Origin: Chiloscyllium plagiosum
Lineage: Eukaryota
DNA: 64,000 bases
NCBI RefSeq assembly: GCF_004010195.1
Contig: NC_057719.1
Location: 42,369,820 to 42,433,819 of the forward strand
Reading direction: 5' to 3'
Notes under the pieces: model-generated
What the model was told of the DNA's origin: nothing
Database searches by the model: none
The model's input: only the letters and a program-made list of their open reading frames with translations
Shown: positions 14,376 through 27,996 of the stretch, piece by piece
How positions within the stretch are numbered: position 1 is the first letter of the stretch
Layout of the letters: each line of letters starts with the position of its first letter
Position numbers and translations under genes: made by a program

Positions 14376-16144
14376 TAATGGATGACTCCTTTAAATCATT
14401 CTGGTAGGGAGATCCTTCCAGCTGACTAGCACACAATTGTACTTAAGGGAGAGGCTGGAACATTGAGTCTCAAAAACAGTGCTGCTGCACACTGACATAA
14501 TGATCTATCTGCACCAAATATTTCAGCAGACACTAACTGCAGGCTGTAATTACTTCACAAGTGTGTGGGTGCATATGAAGAATGAATGAGCGATACTGAA
14601 CCTATTTTCTTGCTCAATGCTACTTATATTATTGCACAAATATTATAATGAGTAACACAAAGAGCTGAACAAGCACCTCTAATTTGCCATGTCAGAAGAG
14701 AATCTTTTTTTCAATTAAATGAGTAGTTACAGTCCAATTTGCAAACTGATGGCTAACAATGGATTTTTTTTAATCCAAGAAATGGAACATATGAATTAGT
14801 GAACTTTATGCATTAGAGAGGAATTAAGTCCTTATCCATGATGGTAAGCTATCTGTACAAGCTTCAAATTGTATTTAATACCTGTTCTGTAATGAGTTAC
14901 TGCTTTCAAACTCTCAAAATTCTGTTCCCTTGTAATAATGTATCGCTGTCTGGCTTACTAAATATTCCTGTCTTTTTATGGCATTTTCAGCCATCTACAG
15001 CTAAGAAGATGATTTCCTCTCTCTTCCCAAGCAAAATGGATGTTTTCACATCTTTTATGCCTCAAAATGCAATACATTTTCTTCTGCAAAAACCCTTAAG
15101 TAAAAGTTCTCTGGCTCTAACCTTTATAAACCTTCCTGCTAAAATCCTGACCCTTCTTTTTCTGCTTTTTCTCTAGATTTGCTCTCTTCAAGCTGAAATA
15201 AATTGAAGACTTTCTGATTCTACAATACTGAAATTATTTCTCTGTTCATTTCCCTGCTCCTTGCAGCTGTGCCTTGCTCAGTGAGAGGTGAGAACTCTCT
15301 TGCCTTCCCTTTCTTGGCTTTATGCTGTTTGACTGGAATTTTCTCCTTTTCCCTCGAGAGACCTAGCTTCATCCTAGAACATTCTTTTGCCATTTACAGT
15401 GTCTCCTTCACTAAGGTCTCCGTCTTCGCAAAAGTGTGGTTTGCTGTTTCTCCCTTTTCCGAGTCCATAATCTTTCCCTTCTCACCAACATTTTAGTGAA
15501 GGTTGTCTTAGAAGTGCCCTCATGGCTACTGCAGTCTCCTTCTTCAGTTTTTGCATTTCAGCTGTTCACTGACTATCTATCTTTCTAGTGCAGCAGTGCT
15601 CTTGGTGAACAGTAAATTCACCTATTTAAAAAACAAATTCCTTCGGGATCTTCTGAAAATTTTTCCTGGCAATTGGGATCGCTGCATGGAATTCAAATTG
15701 GCACCACTGCTACCATGTGGTATTTTACCTGATTGTTCCTGCTGCCACCTCAGCTGGCCCCTCTTCCATTGTGTGACACAGGTTAAGGGTTGTTTGATAT
15801 AGTTCATTGCCACCAGTCCTCGTTTGTCTTCTCTTTTAAAGTAAATTATAAATGAGTTAAACATCCCCTAACTGGGGCACTGTAACAAAAGATCAAAACA
15901 TTAACAGAAACTTACAATAAGTGCAACTTTCATTTCGTCAGGCATAATTATGAAGGACTCTTTGGAGCTGTATAGAATATCTGTTAAACATAGTGTAGGA
16001 TTCAATTGTATCCACCCAAAAGACAGTATAACATCAGATTGGGTGGAGCCAATGCAATTGTTTACATTAACTTTTTTAGAACCAGTTTCTTACATAACGG
16101 TTACTATGTTTGCAATATTTTCATGAAGTTGATCATCTACTCAC

Positions 16145-16225
16145 TGTAGGTCCATGCTGACACCCTATACACCCTGCCTTTTCTTGTAGTCGTTCCTCTT
16201 CTGTTTTCCAATTAAATGTTATACC
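16145..16225 (-). CDS. Putative exon of the unidentified gene
   Basis: gtttcag| GITFNWKTEEERLQEKAGCIGCQHGPT |gtgagt; 81 nt, phase 0-0. Confidence 0.55.
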
Positions 16226-16622
16226 CTGAAACATTTGTTGAAAAAGAAGATGACTCTACCAAGCAGATTATGTTTGTCGGATTAACACTTATCAACCCCA
16301 TCTTCTCTCAATACTTATAGGATAACCTGCAATAGTGAAATGCACTTGTAATATGCTGTACCAGAGGATTTTTAAATATATTGAGCATAGACTACAGGTG
16401 TCATATAGGAAGCATCAAATATCATTAACAGTCACTAATTTCTAAACTTATCTGAGGAAGAATTATCAAAAATAGACAGTCTGATATGAATATTGATAAT
16501 CTCAATGAAAAGATAGTTAAAGTTAAAGCTTATGAAATTGAAGGAAAATTATTAACACAATTAGAAAATTAAATGAATCAGATAAAATAGAGAAAAGGCA
16601 TTAGGCAGGAATTCTAATTGGC

Positions 16623-17103
16623 AACTTTTATAGGTGCGCCATCGAGAGCATTCCACTTGGATGTATCATTACCTGGTATGGCAACTGTACCATTCAAGAT
16701 CAGAGACGGTTACAGAGAATGGTGAACTCAGCCCAGACAATCACAAAGGCCAACCTCCAATCGACAGAATCTATCTACCAGGCCAGCTGTCAAGGAAAGG
16801 CCGTCAGCATTCTCAAACATCCATCTCATCCTGGCAACCTCTACCATCAGGGAGAAGGTAACAGAAACCTGAACACACACCAGCTGGTTTCGCAACAGTT
16901 TCTACCCTTTGTTTGTTATAATACTGAATGGACTCTCAAACCCTTAACATTCACCTGTACTTGTGTTTTTGTTTTTGCCATTGTTTACCTATTATTTACT
17001 ATCTATGCTACTTAACTCTGTGATCTGCCTGTATTGCTCGCAAGACAAAGCTTTTCACTGTGCCATGGTACACATGACAATAAATCAATTCAATTCAATT
17101 CAA
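16623..17103 (+). mobile_element. Rex-Babar-type LINE 3' fragment inserted in an old CR1
   Basis: Homologous to about 13890-14375; (CAATT)n tail. Confidence 0.8.
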
Positions 17104-17247
17104 GATCTGATAAATGGTGCGCTGCATGGATCTGGTTAGTGCCTCAAAGTTCACTGTATGTATTAGCAATTCATGTATCGGGATAGAAAGCAAAATACAT
17201 CAAGAACATAAAGATTGATGTCAGTATAGATGGAAGTCGTAGGGTAC

Positions 17248-17450
17248 GGTGCTGGAAAAGCATAGACGGTCAGGCAGCATCCGAGGAACAGGAGAATCGA
17301 CGTTTAAGCATAAGCCCTTCATCAGGAATGATGAAAGGTTTATTCCTGAAATGTTGATTCTCCTGGTCCTTGGATGCTGCCTGACCGACTGTGCCTTTCC
17401 AGCACCACACTCTTCAACTCTGATCTCCAACATCTGCAGTCCTCAGTTTT
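17248..17450. repeat. Penelope-derived inverted repeat (arms about 80 bp) with two decayed hammerhead cores back to back
   Basis: gtgctggaaaagca...cccttcatca / tgatgaaagg...cctttccagcac. Confidence 0.75.
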
Positions 17451-18179
17451 TCCCAGTGTACATGGAAAGTATCTGAGCAAAACTATGACAAATGAATTTC
17501 AATGTAGATAGATTTAAGTGTCATTCAATTCGGATTAAAAAAAGGTAGTGAACCTTCTAAGTGGTGAAAATCTGGAGACAGCATAGGTCCAAAAGTAGTA
17601 AGAGGACACATGGAGAGGAGACCACACCGAAGTGCGACGTAGACTGAGTGCACACTTTGGAATTTGAATCGCATGGGAATTTCTGATAAGTTTAAATTAA
17701 AATTAAAGATTCAGACATAAAATCTCAAACTGCAAACACTTAAAAGGTCTAGTGAAAGCTGAAAGTGATTGTCACGAAATGTTGTTAATTATTGCAGCAG
17801 AAGGCTGAGGTAGCCTGGGAGTAAATTGCCAGCATCGATAGATTCCAACAGGTTTGCAAACCACACTAAGCAAGGGCACACACAGAGAGGAGACTTTGAG
17901 TGAGATGGAAACCAAGCATGAATTTGAGAATTTGGTGCTGAAGCAATAAAATACTTCTTTTACTTTCTCCTTTCAGCATCCAGAGTGTTCTTAGTAAAAA
18001 CTGAAAGCGTTAAGCTCAAGACATTGAATAAATGAGAGAAGCTATACTGATTGAAACATGAAACAGACTGCATGTGTCAATTCAGTCTGATTCTGACATG
18101 TACAGTCTGCTGTAAATCAGAAACAAAAAAACATAGGAAAAGCTCAGCAGGTCTAGCTGCATCTGTGAAGAGAAATCAG

Positions 18180-18217
18180 AGTCAACGTTTCAGGTCTGGT
18201 GACGTTTCCTCAGAACT
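18180..18217 (-). ncRNA. Minimal hammerhead ribozyme motif (Penelope-type)
   Basis: AGUU-CUGAGGA-A-ACGUC-acca-GACCU-GAAACGUU^GACU: palindromic AACGUU, 4-bp stem I, one stem II mismatch. Confidence 0.6.
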
Positions 18218-18249
18218 GCTAAGTGCTCTCCTTTTGTTACCAAGCTAGG

Positions 18250-20250
18250 AGATCATAACCTTCTATTACTTTATTTGCATAGATTAATAACTAATGAAAT
18301 AAGTTAGGTTAGACAGAAACTGCAGAGATGATGGTGTGCTGTAATCCCAGATAAACGTAAGCAGCTTGCACAATTTTACTGCAGAGTTGATCAGTCGCAG
18401 GCATTGTGGGATGCCAGGGAGGGGCAAAATTACCTGAATGCTTTGTTCCAGGAAGCAGTCACACCCCTTAGGTTAGGCAAAAGTGTAGAATTGTTGAGTG
18501 GTCAGGGATGGGATGGTATGAATGCATGTCAGGGAGACAAAGGGAACCTGCATGTAGTGATGGAGGAGCCACAGCCCTTGATTTTGGCCCATGAGCTGTT
18601 TGCCCCTTATGTGCAGAAAGACTGCAGGATGAATGAATGAATAGCCATGGAATCAAGGCAGGTGAACAAAAAGGGATGTCACAGTGATAAGAGACAGTAC
18701 AGCTACAGGAATGGGTCCGGTTCTCGATCTGCAGCCAGGAGCTCCAAATGTTGAGTTACCTGCCCAATGCTAGGATTAAGGACATCTCCTCTTGCCTGAA
18801 AAGGACATTAAAGTGAAAGGGAGTGGAACCAGTTGGGAACCAACAATACAGAGTAGCATTATTAAAAAATGAAATTAAAGGTTCTTTATCTGAATCTCAA
18901 ACTATCTTAATAAGATCAACTAATTTGTGGCACAATTAAGGTAAATGGTTGAGATGTATTCACTATTAAAGGGAAACTAGATGAAAACGTTAGTGAGAAA
19001 GGATCTAGCTTCTGAGGTTGTGAAGTAGAATTTATCTGAGTAGAAATTTGGAATAGCAAGAGTCAAAATACATTAATGGCACTGTATAGGCCCCCTAGTA
19101 GGAATTATATAAAAAAAACAGTTTGTCACAAAAGCAGTGTGTGCTTTTATACAGATTTGGACAATCATTCATAGAATCATAGAATCCCTACAGTGTGGAA
19201 ACAGGCCATTGGCTTGAGTGCACACTGACCCTCCTAACAGCATCCCAACCAGGCCCATCCCCCTATCCTATCCCTGTAATCCTGCATTTCCCATTGCTAA
19301 CCCACCTAGCCTACACATCCCTGGATACCATGAACAATTTAGCACAGCCAGTCTACCTCGGAACTAACTAGGAATAAAGCCAACTTAGATATAGTATTAT
19401 GCACTGAGTCAAGGTTCATTAGGAATGTCATAGTGATCATAATATTACTCAATTCCATGTTGAGTTTGGAAGTGACATTTTCAAATAACTAACAAGAATC
19501 TTAAACTCAATCAGAGCTATTTACATGGGTAAGAGGTTAGCACTGGCTATGATTAATGGGTAAATAGACTAAAAATTAATGCAGTAAATAAACATTATAA
19601 AACAAAGAAATACCCACAATTTTGGTGGATTAATATTTTTAAAAGTCATTAAACTCTCATAGATGATTGCAGAAAATAAGTGGTCAAATGGAATGCTAAT
19701 CTTTTTATCAATAGGTCTAAAATGCATAGGATTGTAAGTTGTACTACAACTACATAGACTACTCTGAACAGAATGAGCTCCACTGATTCAAATGGTTATA
19801 ATGACCTTACACTGAGTGAAGTACAAATTTACGAAATTATATCCAGACTCCAAAGGTGAAAGTACAAAGATAGATTATGCAGACTCTTGCCCTAGTACCT
19901 AGGATTTAGAAAGTTACATTTTATTTTCTAAGTTTCAAGTTGCGTTGGGAGAACATATGGAGTAAGTGAAGAGAAATTATTTTCCTAGTTGTGAAATCTA
20001 GGATGAAGAGATATTTCAGTAGTAAAGTTAGGGAACACTTCTATATGAAAAGCACAAGATAAATTTGGAACTTTTTTTTAAACTATGGTGATTAATGCTA
20101 CAACAATTGCTAAATCTAAAATCTGCAATGAATCCAAGTTGTCAGGGAATAAGGTGCAAACGTGGGTACGCGGAGTCAAGTAACAGAGCAACCATGATCT
20201 AACTGAACAAGCTTCAGGTAAATAGCCCTATCTTGTTCCTATTTCCTTTG
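18250..20250 (+). mobile_element. Old degenerate CR1 including ORF1 remnants
   Basis: ORF1-like LWDAREGQNYLNALFQEAVTP followed by decayed endonuclease and RT pieces; SINE fragment at about 19170-19360. Confidence 0.55.
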
Positions 20251-20398
20251 TTGTCAAGTACAGAATGTCCTATTGAGGTAAGAAAAAGAGAAGGCAAAAT
20301 TCTTTTATTCACCCACCTTTTTAAGAATGGGTAGCTGATCACAAAACTTTAATCTATTATGTTTAACTCATTCACATAAAAAGAGGATTTCAACTTAC

Positions 20399-20594
20399 AT
20401 CCCGTGGATCATGATATGTGTTGTAGGCTTCATGGTATGCTGTCGTCCAACGATCAATATTTGGTCGACCATACACATCCAATGGAACCAACTTTTGTGA
20501 TCCAGTTGAAGTTGGAATACAGCATAAATTGGATTGAGTATTCATATATGCCAGAGCATGATTTGATTGCTCAGCAGGTCTCCCATATTGTTCT
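20399..20594 (-). CDS. Putative exon of the unidentified gene
   Basis: ttacag| EQYGRPAEQSNHALAYMNTQSNLCCIPTSTGSQKLVPLDVYGRPNIDRWTTAYHEAYNTYHDPRD |gtaagt; phase 2 to 0, matching both neighbours. Confidence 0.6.
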
Positions 20595-21209
20595 CTGTAA
20601 TGTTTATTAAACAAATCAGATTTTATTGCATTATATTTTGCAGTTTCGTAGCATCTCTTATTCTGTTTACTGCAGGATTTTCCCTTTTAAACTGTGTAAT
20701 CATTCAAAAAGGTTTCTTTATGCATCTTGTAGTTAATTTCAAAGTGACTTCAATGTTGGTTTAATGAAATTCAAAGCACTGGAGAATATCTCCTACTGCA
20801 ATCCAAACTATAGTTTACAATATTTTATAAAAACAAAAATTGCTGGAGAAAAACAGCAAAGTCTGGAAGCATCTGTGGAGAGAAAGCAGAATTGACATTT
20901 CACATTCAGTGACAATTCTTCAGTTTCTCCAGCAATTTCTGTTTTTGTTTCAGATTTTCAACTTCCGCAGTTCTTTGTTTTATTTTACAATATTTAACCT
21001 GGAGATCAGTCATTTAACTTCTAGTGTGAATCTATAGATCTGGACCTGATTCAGAATGATTTTGCTTTTAAAAGCTACTATTACCACAACCAATACTCTT
21101 CCCCTTCTACCCATTGAGATTGTCAAAGAAGAACACTTGTGCATAGGAAAATGGGGCAGCTAGTTATGTCCTATTTCCCATCAGCATTGCATTTTGGAAG
21201 TCAGAGAAG

Positions 21210-23495
21210 TAGATAGAGTCATAGAAATGCACAGCAAGGAAATAGACTCTTCAGTCCAACCCGTCCATGCCAACCAGATATCCCAACCCAATCTAGTCCC
21301 ACCTGCCAGCATCCAGCCCATATCTCTCCAAACCCTTCCTATTCATATACCCATCCAAATGCCTCTTAAATGGTGCAATTGTACCAGCCTCCACGACTTC
21401 CTCTGGCAGCTCATTTCATATACGTACCACCCCCTGCGTGAAAAAGTTGCCCCTTATATCTCTTTCATATCTTTCCCCTCTCACCCTAAACCTATGTCCT
21501 CTAGTTCTGGACTCCCCGACCCCAGGGAAAAGACTTTGCCTATTTACTCTATCCATGTCCCTCATAATTTTGTAAACCTCTATAAGGTCACCCCTCAACC
21601 TCCGACTCTCCAGGGAAAACAGCCTCAGCCTGTTCAGCCTCTCCCTATAGCTCAAATNNNNNNNNNNNNNNNNNNNNNNNNNNNNNNNNNNNNNNNNNNN
21701 NNNNNNNNNNNNNNNNNNNNNNNNNNNNNNNNNNNNNNNNNNNNNNNNNNNNNNNNNNNNNNNNNNNNNNNNNNNNNNNNNNNNNNNNNNNNNNNNNNNN
21801 NNNNNNNNNNNNNNNNNNNNNNNNNNNNNNNNNNNNNNNNNNNNNNNNNNNNNNNNNNNNNNNNNNNNNNNNNNNNNNNNNNNNNNNNNNNNNNNNNNNN
21901 NNNNNNNNNNNNNNNNNNNNNNNNNNNNNNNNNNNNNNNNNNNNNNNNNNNNNNNNNNNNNNNNNNNNNNNNNNNNNNNNNNNNNNNNNNNNNNNNNNNN
22001 NNNNNNNNNNNNNNNNNNNNNNNNNNNNNNNNNNNNNNNNNNNNNNNNNNNNNNNNNNNNNNNNNNNNNNNNNNNNNNNNNNNNNNNNNNNNNNNNNNNN
22101 NNNNNNNNNNNNNNNNNNNNNNNNNNNNNNNNNNNNNNNNNNNNNNNNNNNNNNNNNNNNNNNNNNNNNNNNNNNNNNNNNNNNNNNNNNNNNNNNNNNN
22201 NNNNNNNNNNNNNNNNNNNNNNNNNNNNNNNNNNNNNNNNNNNNNNNNNNNNNNNNNNNNNNNNNNNNNNNNNNNNNNNNNNNNNNNNNNNNNNNNNNNN
22301 NNNNNNNNNNNNNNNNNNNNNNNNNNNNNNNNNNNNNNNNNNNNNNNNNNNNNNNNNNNNNNNNNNNNNNNNNNNNNNNNNNNNNNNNNNNNNNNNNNNN
22401 NNNNNNNNNNNNNNNNNNNNNNNNNNNNNNNNNNNNNNNNNNNNNNNNNNNNNNNNNNNNNNNNNNNNNNNNNNNNNNNNNNNNNNNNNNNNNNNNNNNN
22501 NNNNNNNNNNNNNNNNNNNNNNNNNNNNNNNNNNNNNNNNNNNNNNNNNNNNNNNNNNNNNNNNNNNNNNNNNNNNNNNNNNNNNNNNNNNNNNNNNNNN
22601 NNNNNNNNNNNNNNNNNNNNNNNNNNNNNNNNNNNNNNNNNNNNNNTTCATTACTTCTTCAAAAAACTCAATCAAGTTTGTGAAACATGATTTCCCACGC
22701 ACAAAGTCATGTTGACTATCCCTAATCAGTCCTTGCCTTTCCAAGTACATGTACATCCTGTTCCTCAGGATTCCCTCCAACAACTTGCCCACCACTGATG
22801 TCTGGCTCATTGGTCTATAGTTCCCTGGCTTGTCCTTACCACCCTTCTTAAACAATGACACCACGTTAGCCAACCTCCAGTCTTCCGGCACCTCACCTGT
22901 GACTACCGATGATACAAATATCTCAGCAAGAGGCCCAGCAATCACTTCTCTAGCTTTCCATAGAGTTCTAGGGTACACCTCATCAGGTCCTGGGGATTTA
23001 TCCACCTTTACCTGTTTCAAGACATCCAGCACTTCCTCCTCTGTAACATGGACATTTTCCAAGATGTCACCATCTATTTCCCTACAGTCTATATCTTCCA
23101 TATCCTTTTCGACCATAAACACTGATGCAAAATACTCATTTAGTATTTCTCCCATTTTCTGCAGCTCCACACAAAGGCTGCCTTGCTGATCTTTCAGGGT
23201 CCTATTCTCTCCCTAGTTACCCTTTTGTCCTTAATGCATTTGTAAAAACCCTTTGGATTCTCCTTAGCCCTATTTTCCGAAGCTATCTCATGTCTCTTAT
23301 TCGACCTCCTAATTTCCCTCTTAAGTATACTCCTACTCCCTTTATACTCTAAGGATTCACTCGATCTATCCTGTCTATACCTTCCATATTCTTCCATCTT
23401 TTTCTTAATCAAAACCTCAATTTTTTTAGTCATCCAGTATTCCCTATATCTACCAACTTTCCTTTCCCCCTAACAGGAATATACTTTCTCTGGAA
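21210..23495 (-). mobile_element. CR1 LINE spanning the assembly gap
   Basis: ILNEYFASVF, DKSPGPD and NYRP motifs on one side of N 21658-22646; 3' ORF end and tail on the other. Confidence 0.9.
21658..22646. other. Assembly gap (989 N)
   Basis: Run of N. Confidence 1.
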
Positions 23496-23504
23496 ATATC
23501 CAAA

Positions 23505-25245
23505 ATTAATCTAGTCCCATCTACCAGTATTTAGTCGATATCCCTCTAAACCCTCCTATTCATATACCCATCCAGATGCCTTTTAAATGTTGCAATTGTA
23601 CCAGCCTCCACCACTTCCTCTGTCAGCTCATTACACACATGAACCACCCTCTGTGTGAAATCACTCCCCCGGAGGTCCCTTTTAAATCTTTCCCCTTCAT
23701 ATGATGATAGAATCCCTACAGTACAGAAGAAGGCCATTCAGCGATCGAGTCTACACTGACTCTCTAAAGAGAATCCCACCCAGACCCACCTATCCTTTTA
23801 AGCCTGCATTTCCCATGACAAATCCACCTAGCTTACACATCCTTGAACACTATGGCAATTTAACATGACCAATCCACCTAACCTGCACATCCTTGGACTG
23901 TGGGAGGAAACCAGCGCACCCAGAGGAAACCCACGCAGACATGCGGAGAATGCACAAACTCCACACAGACAGTTGCCCGAGGCTGGGATTGAACCCAGGT
24001 TCCTGGCACTGTGAGACAGCAGTGCTAACCACTGAGCCACTGCGTGACCCCACTCACCTTAAATCTATGCTCTCTGGTTTTGGGCTCCCCAACCCTGGGG
24101 AAAAGATCTTGATTATTCATTCTATCCATGCCCCTCTCAGAAACCTCTGTAAGGTCACCCCTCAGCCTCCAATGCTCCAGGGAATATAGCCCCAGCCTAT
24201 TTAACCTCTTCCTATAGCTCAAACTGTCCAACCCTGGTAACATCCTTGCAAATCTTTTCGGAATCTTTAAAATTTCACAACATCCATCCTATAGAAGGGA
24301 AACCAGAATTAAATGCAGTATTCTAAATGTGGCCTAACCAATGTCCTGTATAGCAACAACATAACCTCCCAGTTCCTATGCTCAATACACTGACCAATAA
24401 AGGCAAGCACACCAAACATCTCCACTATCCTGTCTACCTGCGACTCCCTTTTCTAGGGACTATGAACCTGCAATCCAAGGTCTCTTTGCCTATCGGGCCC
24501 ATCTGATCAAGATCCCTTTGTACTCTGAGGTAACCTTCTTGGCTATCAACTACATCACTAATTTTGGCATCATCTGCAAACTTATTCATGAGACCTGAAA
24601 GAATTACATCCAAATCATTTTACATAAATGACAAAAAGCAGTGGACCCAGCACCGATCCTTGTGGCACACCTCTGGTCACTGGCCTCCAGTCTGAAAAGC
24701 AAGCCTGCACTACTACCCTCTGCCTCCTATCTTATGCATATCAAAATGGACAGTTCTTCCCGTATTCTACGTGATCTAACCTTGCTAACCAGTCAACGAC
24801 GCGAAACCTTGAAGAATGCCTTACTGAAGTCCACGAAAACCACATCCACTGCTCTGCCTTCATCAATCCTCTTCATGACTTCTTCAAAAAAAAACTATCA
24901 AGATGGTGAGACACGATTTTCCATGCACAAAGCCACTATATCCCCAATCAGTCCTTGCCTTTCCAAATACATTTAAATCCTATCCCTCAGAATCCCCTCC
25001 AACAACTTATGTCAGGCTCACCAGTCTATAGTGGCTTTTCCCTACCATCTTTCTTATAAAATGGCACCACCAATCTTCCAGCACCTCACCTGTGGCTATT
25101 GATGATACAAACATCTCAGCAGGTGGCCCAGCAATCACTGCGCTAGCTTCCCATAAAGTTTTAGGGTACATCCGATAGGTCCCGTGGATACATTGTAAGG
25201 CATCCAGCACTTCTTCCTCTGTAATCTAGACCATTTTCAAGATGC
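23505..25245 (-). mobile_element. Degenerate CR1 LINE interrupted by an HE1 SINE
   Basis: CR1 ORF2 remnants at 23505-23700 and 24046-25245 are collinear across the SINE. Confidence 0.85.
23705..24045 (-). mobile_element. HE1-type V-SINE
   Basis: Same core in reverse orientation, inside a CR1. Confidence 0.85.
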
Positions 25246-25682
25246 TTGGTAGATGGAGGAAAATGGAGTTTGGACAGGAGCACAGAGTGTCCAATTTTGT
25301 CATTTATTTCCACCACTGTCCTGCCAAATACACTTCCAAGTCAAATCTCTGTAAAAAGTGATTTATTGCACCCATTTTCCATTACTGTGCTATCCATACT
25401 ATACCAATGTAAAAAGAGATCATAAAATCATTTCATGAACCTACACCACTGAAGAACTTGCCCAAGGTGACCCAAACTTTTCTAACATTTACACTTTTAA
25501 CATTTTTGTACCATGAATCCAAGTTCTTGAAGTGAAAGGAGCCTCAGGCTATTCTCATACCTGTTTCACCTACATCATTTTCAATGCTCAAATGCAATCA
25601 AACATATTTTTGTATACTCTACACAATGCAGTTTATTTTTCAGAAACTCGTAAAATCTATCAAAATAATACAAAATACTCAC

Positions 25683-25750
25683 CCAGGAGGGCACGTATTT
25701 GGAACAGGATGCCAACAAAGATCCATATCTTCTATTTCAACATCAACAGT
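25683..25750 (-). CDS. Putative exon of the unidentified gene
   Basis: ttttccacctag| TVDVEIEDMDLCWHPVPNTCPPG |gtgagt; phase 0 to 2; the only open frame. Confidence 0.55.
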
Positions 25751-26994
25751 CTAGGTGGAAAACGACAAAACAAGGTTTTAATGAAGGTGTCATATGAAGC
25801 ACAGCTTCTGTATCTAGCAAAATTACCCATGTTCTTGATTTCTAAATATCAGTCTTTGTTGAATGCCGTCCAACTGAATTATTACAGGTATGTGCTGAAA
25901 TGGTGAGACTGCAGCATTGCAGTTCAACTCTAAATAGGGCTGGGCATAAAAAGGGCTAATTCCAACAAGCGTCTCCTCTGCTCCTCTTGGATATGACCTA
26001 TCAAACCTTGTGCCCTTTGAAGTCTTTTCTGCACAATCCTCTGTATCAGCTTTCATCCATAAAAATTGATTCTATAGAAAATCATAAGACAACGAATGAA
26101 TATATCTTCCTTGCCAGTCTAATAATCCAGGTATGTTAATGTTAGTGCAATTAGAGATGCATATTTCAGCTACACTCGCCAATTAAAAATTATATATATA
26201 GTAAAGGCAAAATGCTGTTGAAGCTGGAAATAGGAAATAAAAACAAAAAGTGCTGGAGAAGCTCAACAGGTCTGGTAGTGTCTGAACAGAAATGAAACTG
26301 GATTTGAAACATTAACTCTATTTCTCTTTCCATAGATGCTGTCAGAACTGTTGACAACCTGTGATCAGTAATATCTTAAGGATTGCAGCTATTCATCAGT
26401 ATTTTTAGTGGTTTATTACTAGCTAATTGTAAATTCACAGAACACAAATGGCAAGATGTGGGAGCAGACATTAAAACAGAAAATGCATACTGAACAAGTC
26501 ACACCTGACATTTATCAAGTGAATGAAGTTTTACCAGAGAAATTCTTCTAAATTGCGTTTTCTCTTCATAACGTCCCACATTAAATTTACTATTTTGTAC
26601 CTAGAATATAGTGCATTAAATTAAAATTTTAAATTAAGACAGATTATAAAAATATAAAAGACACAATGGGCAAAGTTTCACCCATTTCCATCCAAAAGTC
26701 ATGATATTCTGATCATGAAATCAATTAAACATTTCACACAATATTGAGCCCTGACATGAACTAAGTAGTTGTGAGTTCAACTTTATTGCACAAAAGAATA
26801 AAATATCATACCTCAACTGATTAATGCAATTGCTAACCTGCTGCAGGATAACTCTCAATATATTATCAAATACATTTTAGCTTGATTGAAGTGATATAAT
26901 AATCCCATTGTGATGTCGGACAGACTGGCATAAGTTAAAATTAGTGGCAGGAGTAGGGAGCTGTATTTTTACATTTTTTACGTGAGCTGAGAGT

Positions 26995-27345
26995 AGAGAT
27001 AGTGGTAATGTCACTTGACTAGGCTGATGTTCTGGGGATACGGAGTCACATCTCACCATGGTGGCTAGTGGTATTTAAACTCAATTCATAAATCTGGAAT
27101 ATGTAGTTAGCTTCAATGATGGTGACCATGACAACTTCTACTTTTTGTTGCAAAAATCCATCTGGTTCACTCAGGTCCTTTGGAGAAGGAAATCTAGTGT
27201 CCTTCCTTAATCTGGCCTGTTTGTAACTCAACATCAATAGCTTATTCTTAACAGCCCTTCAAAATGCTACAATAAACCACTCAATTCAAAGGGCAATTAG
27301 GACAGTCTTTGCCAGTGATGCCAACAACCTATTAAAGAAAAAAAC
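26995..27345 (+). mobile_element. Old tRNA-derived SINE of a second family
   Basis: Degenerate tRNA-like head, ccatctggttcact core and A-rich tail; related fragments elsewhere (e.g. about 54920-55095). Confidence 0.5.
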
Positions 27346-27996
27346 ACCTTTAAATTATCATTATGGCCAAGATTCGATGTTCCATGCACTCAGGCTAAGG
27401 CTTTTTCAAGATCTGAAGAGTCATTTCAGGCTCAAAATGTTAACTCTGTTTCCTCTCTCCACAGACGATGCCGGACCCGCTGAGTTTGTCCAGGACTCAT
27501 TGCATTTGGTTCACCCAATTATTTGCCCTTCTTGCCATGCTCTGTGTCACCTCCATGAATGGAATAACCACATCATCCTTATGAAAAGCTTACTTTTGGC
27601 AGAAAAGAAACCCAAAACAATCATCTCAGTGAAGTCAGATGCAAGATATACAACAATGCCTTACATGTAATTTGTATTATTGTATATTTGTAATAAAATA
27701 ATGTCATCAAAATTGTACAGTGTGATTTCTTTAAAAATATTTTCAACAATGAAAGGAATTGCCTCCCTTTAGATGTTCCCATCACTGCAGGATTATATGA
27801 TTCATTTAATCACAGGTTAGGAAGACACAGAAGTTACAGCACTGAAACAGTTCATTTGACTGAAGTGAGAGATTTAGGGATTCACTTGAACTTTTAATTG
27901 TAGGACTTCAGTCAATTACAATTGTAGACCGAGTTTCGAGAAGGCCAATCCAGCAGTTTACAGGTCCTGAATACACGCAAGATCCAGTCTAGGTAT

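Noticed and set aside
21194..23170. 498-aa and 584-aa ORFs
   Set aside because: Artefacts of reading through the N gap within a CR1.
9890..26071. In-frame TGA codons in the hidden gene read as selenocysteine
   Set aside because: TAG and TAA stops and phase clashes also occur, and I recognised no SECIS. Mutational decay is the simpler explanation.
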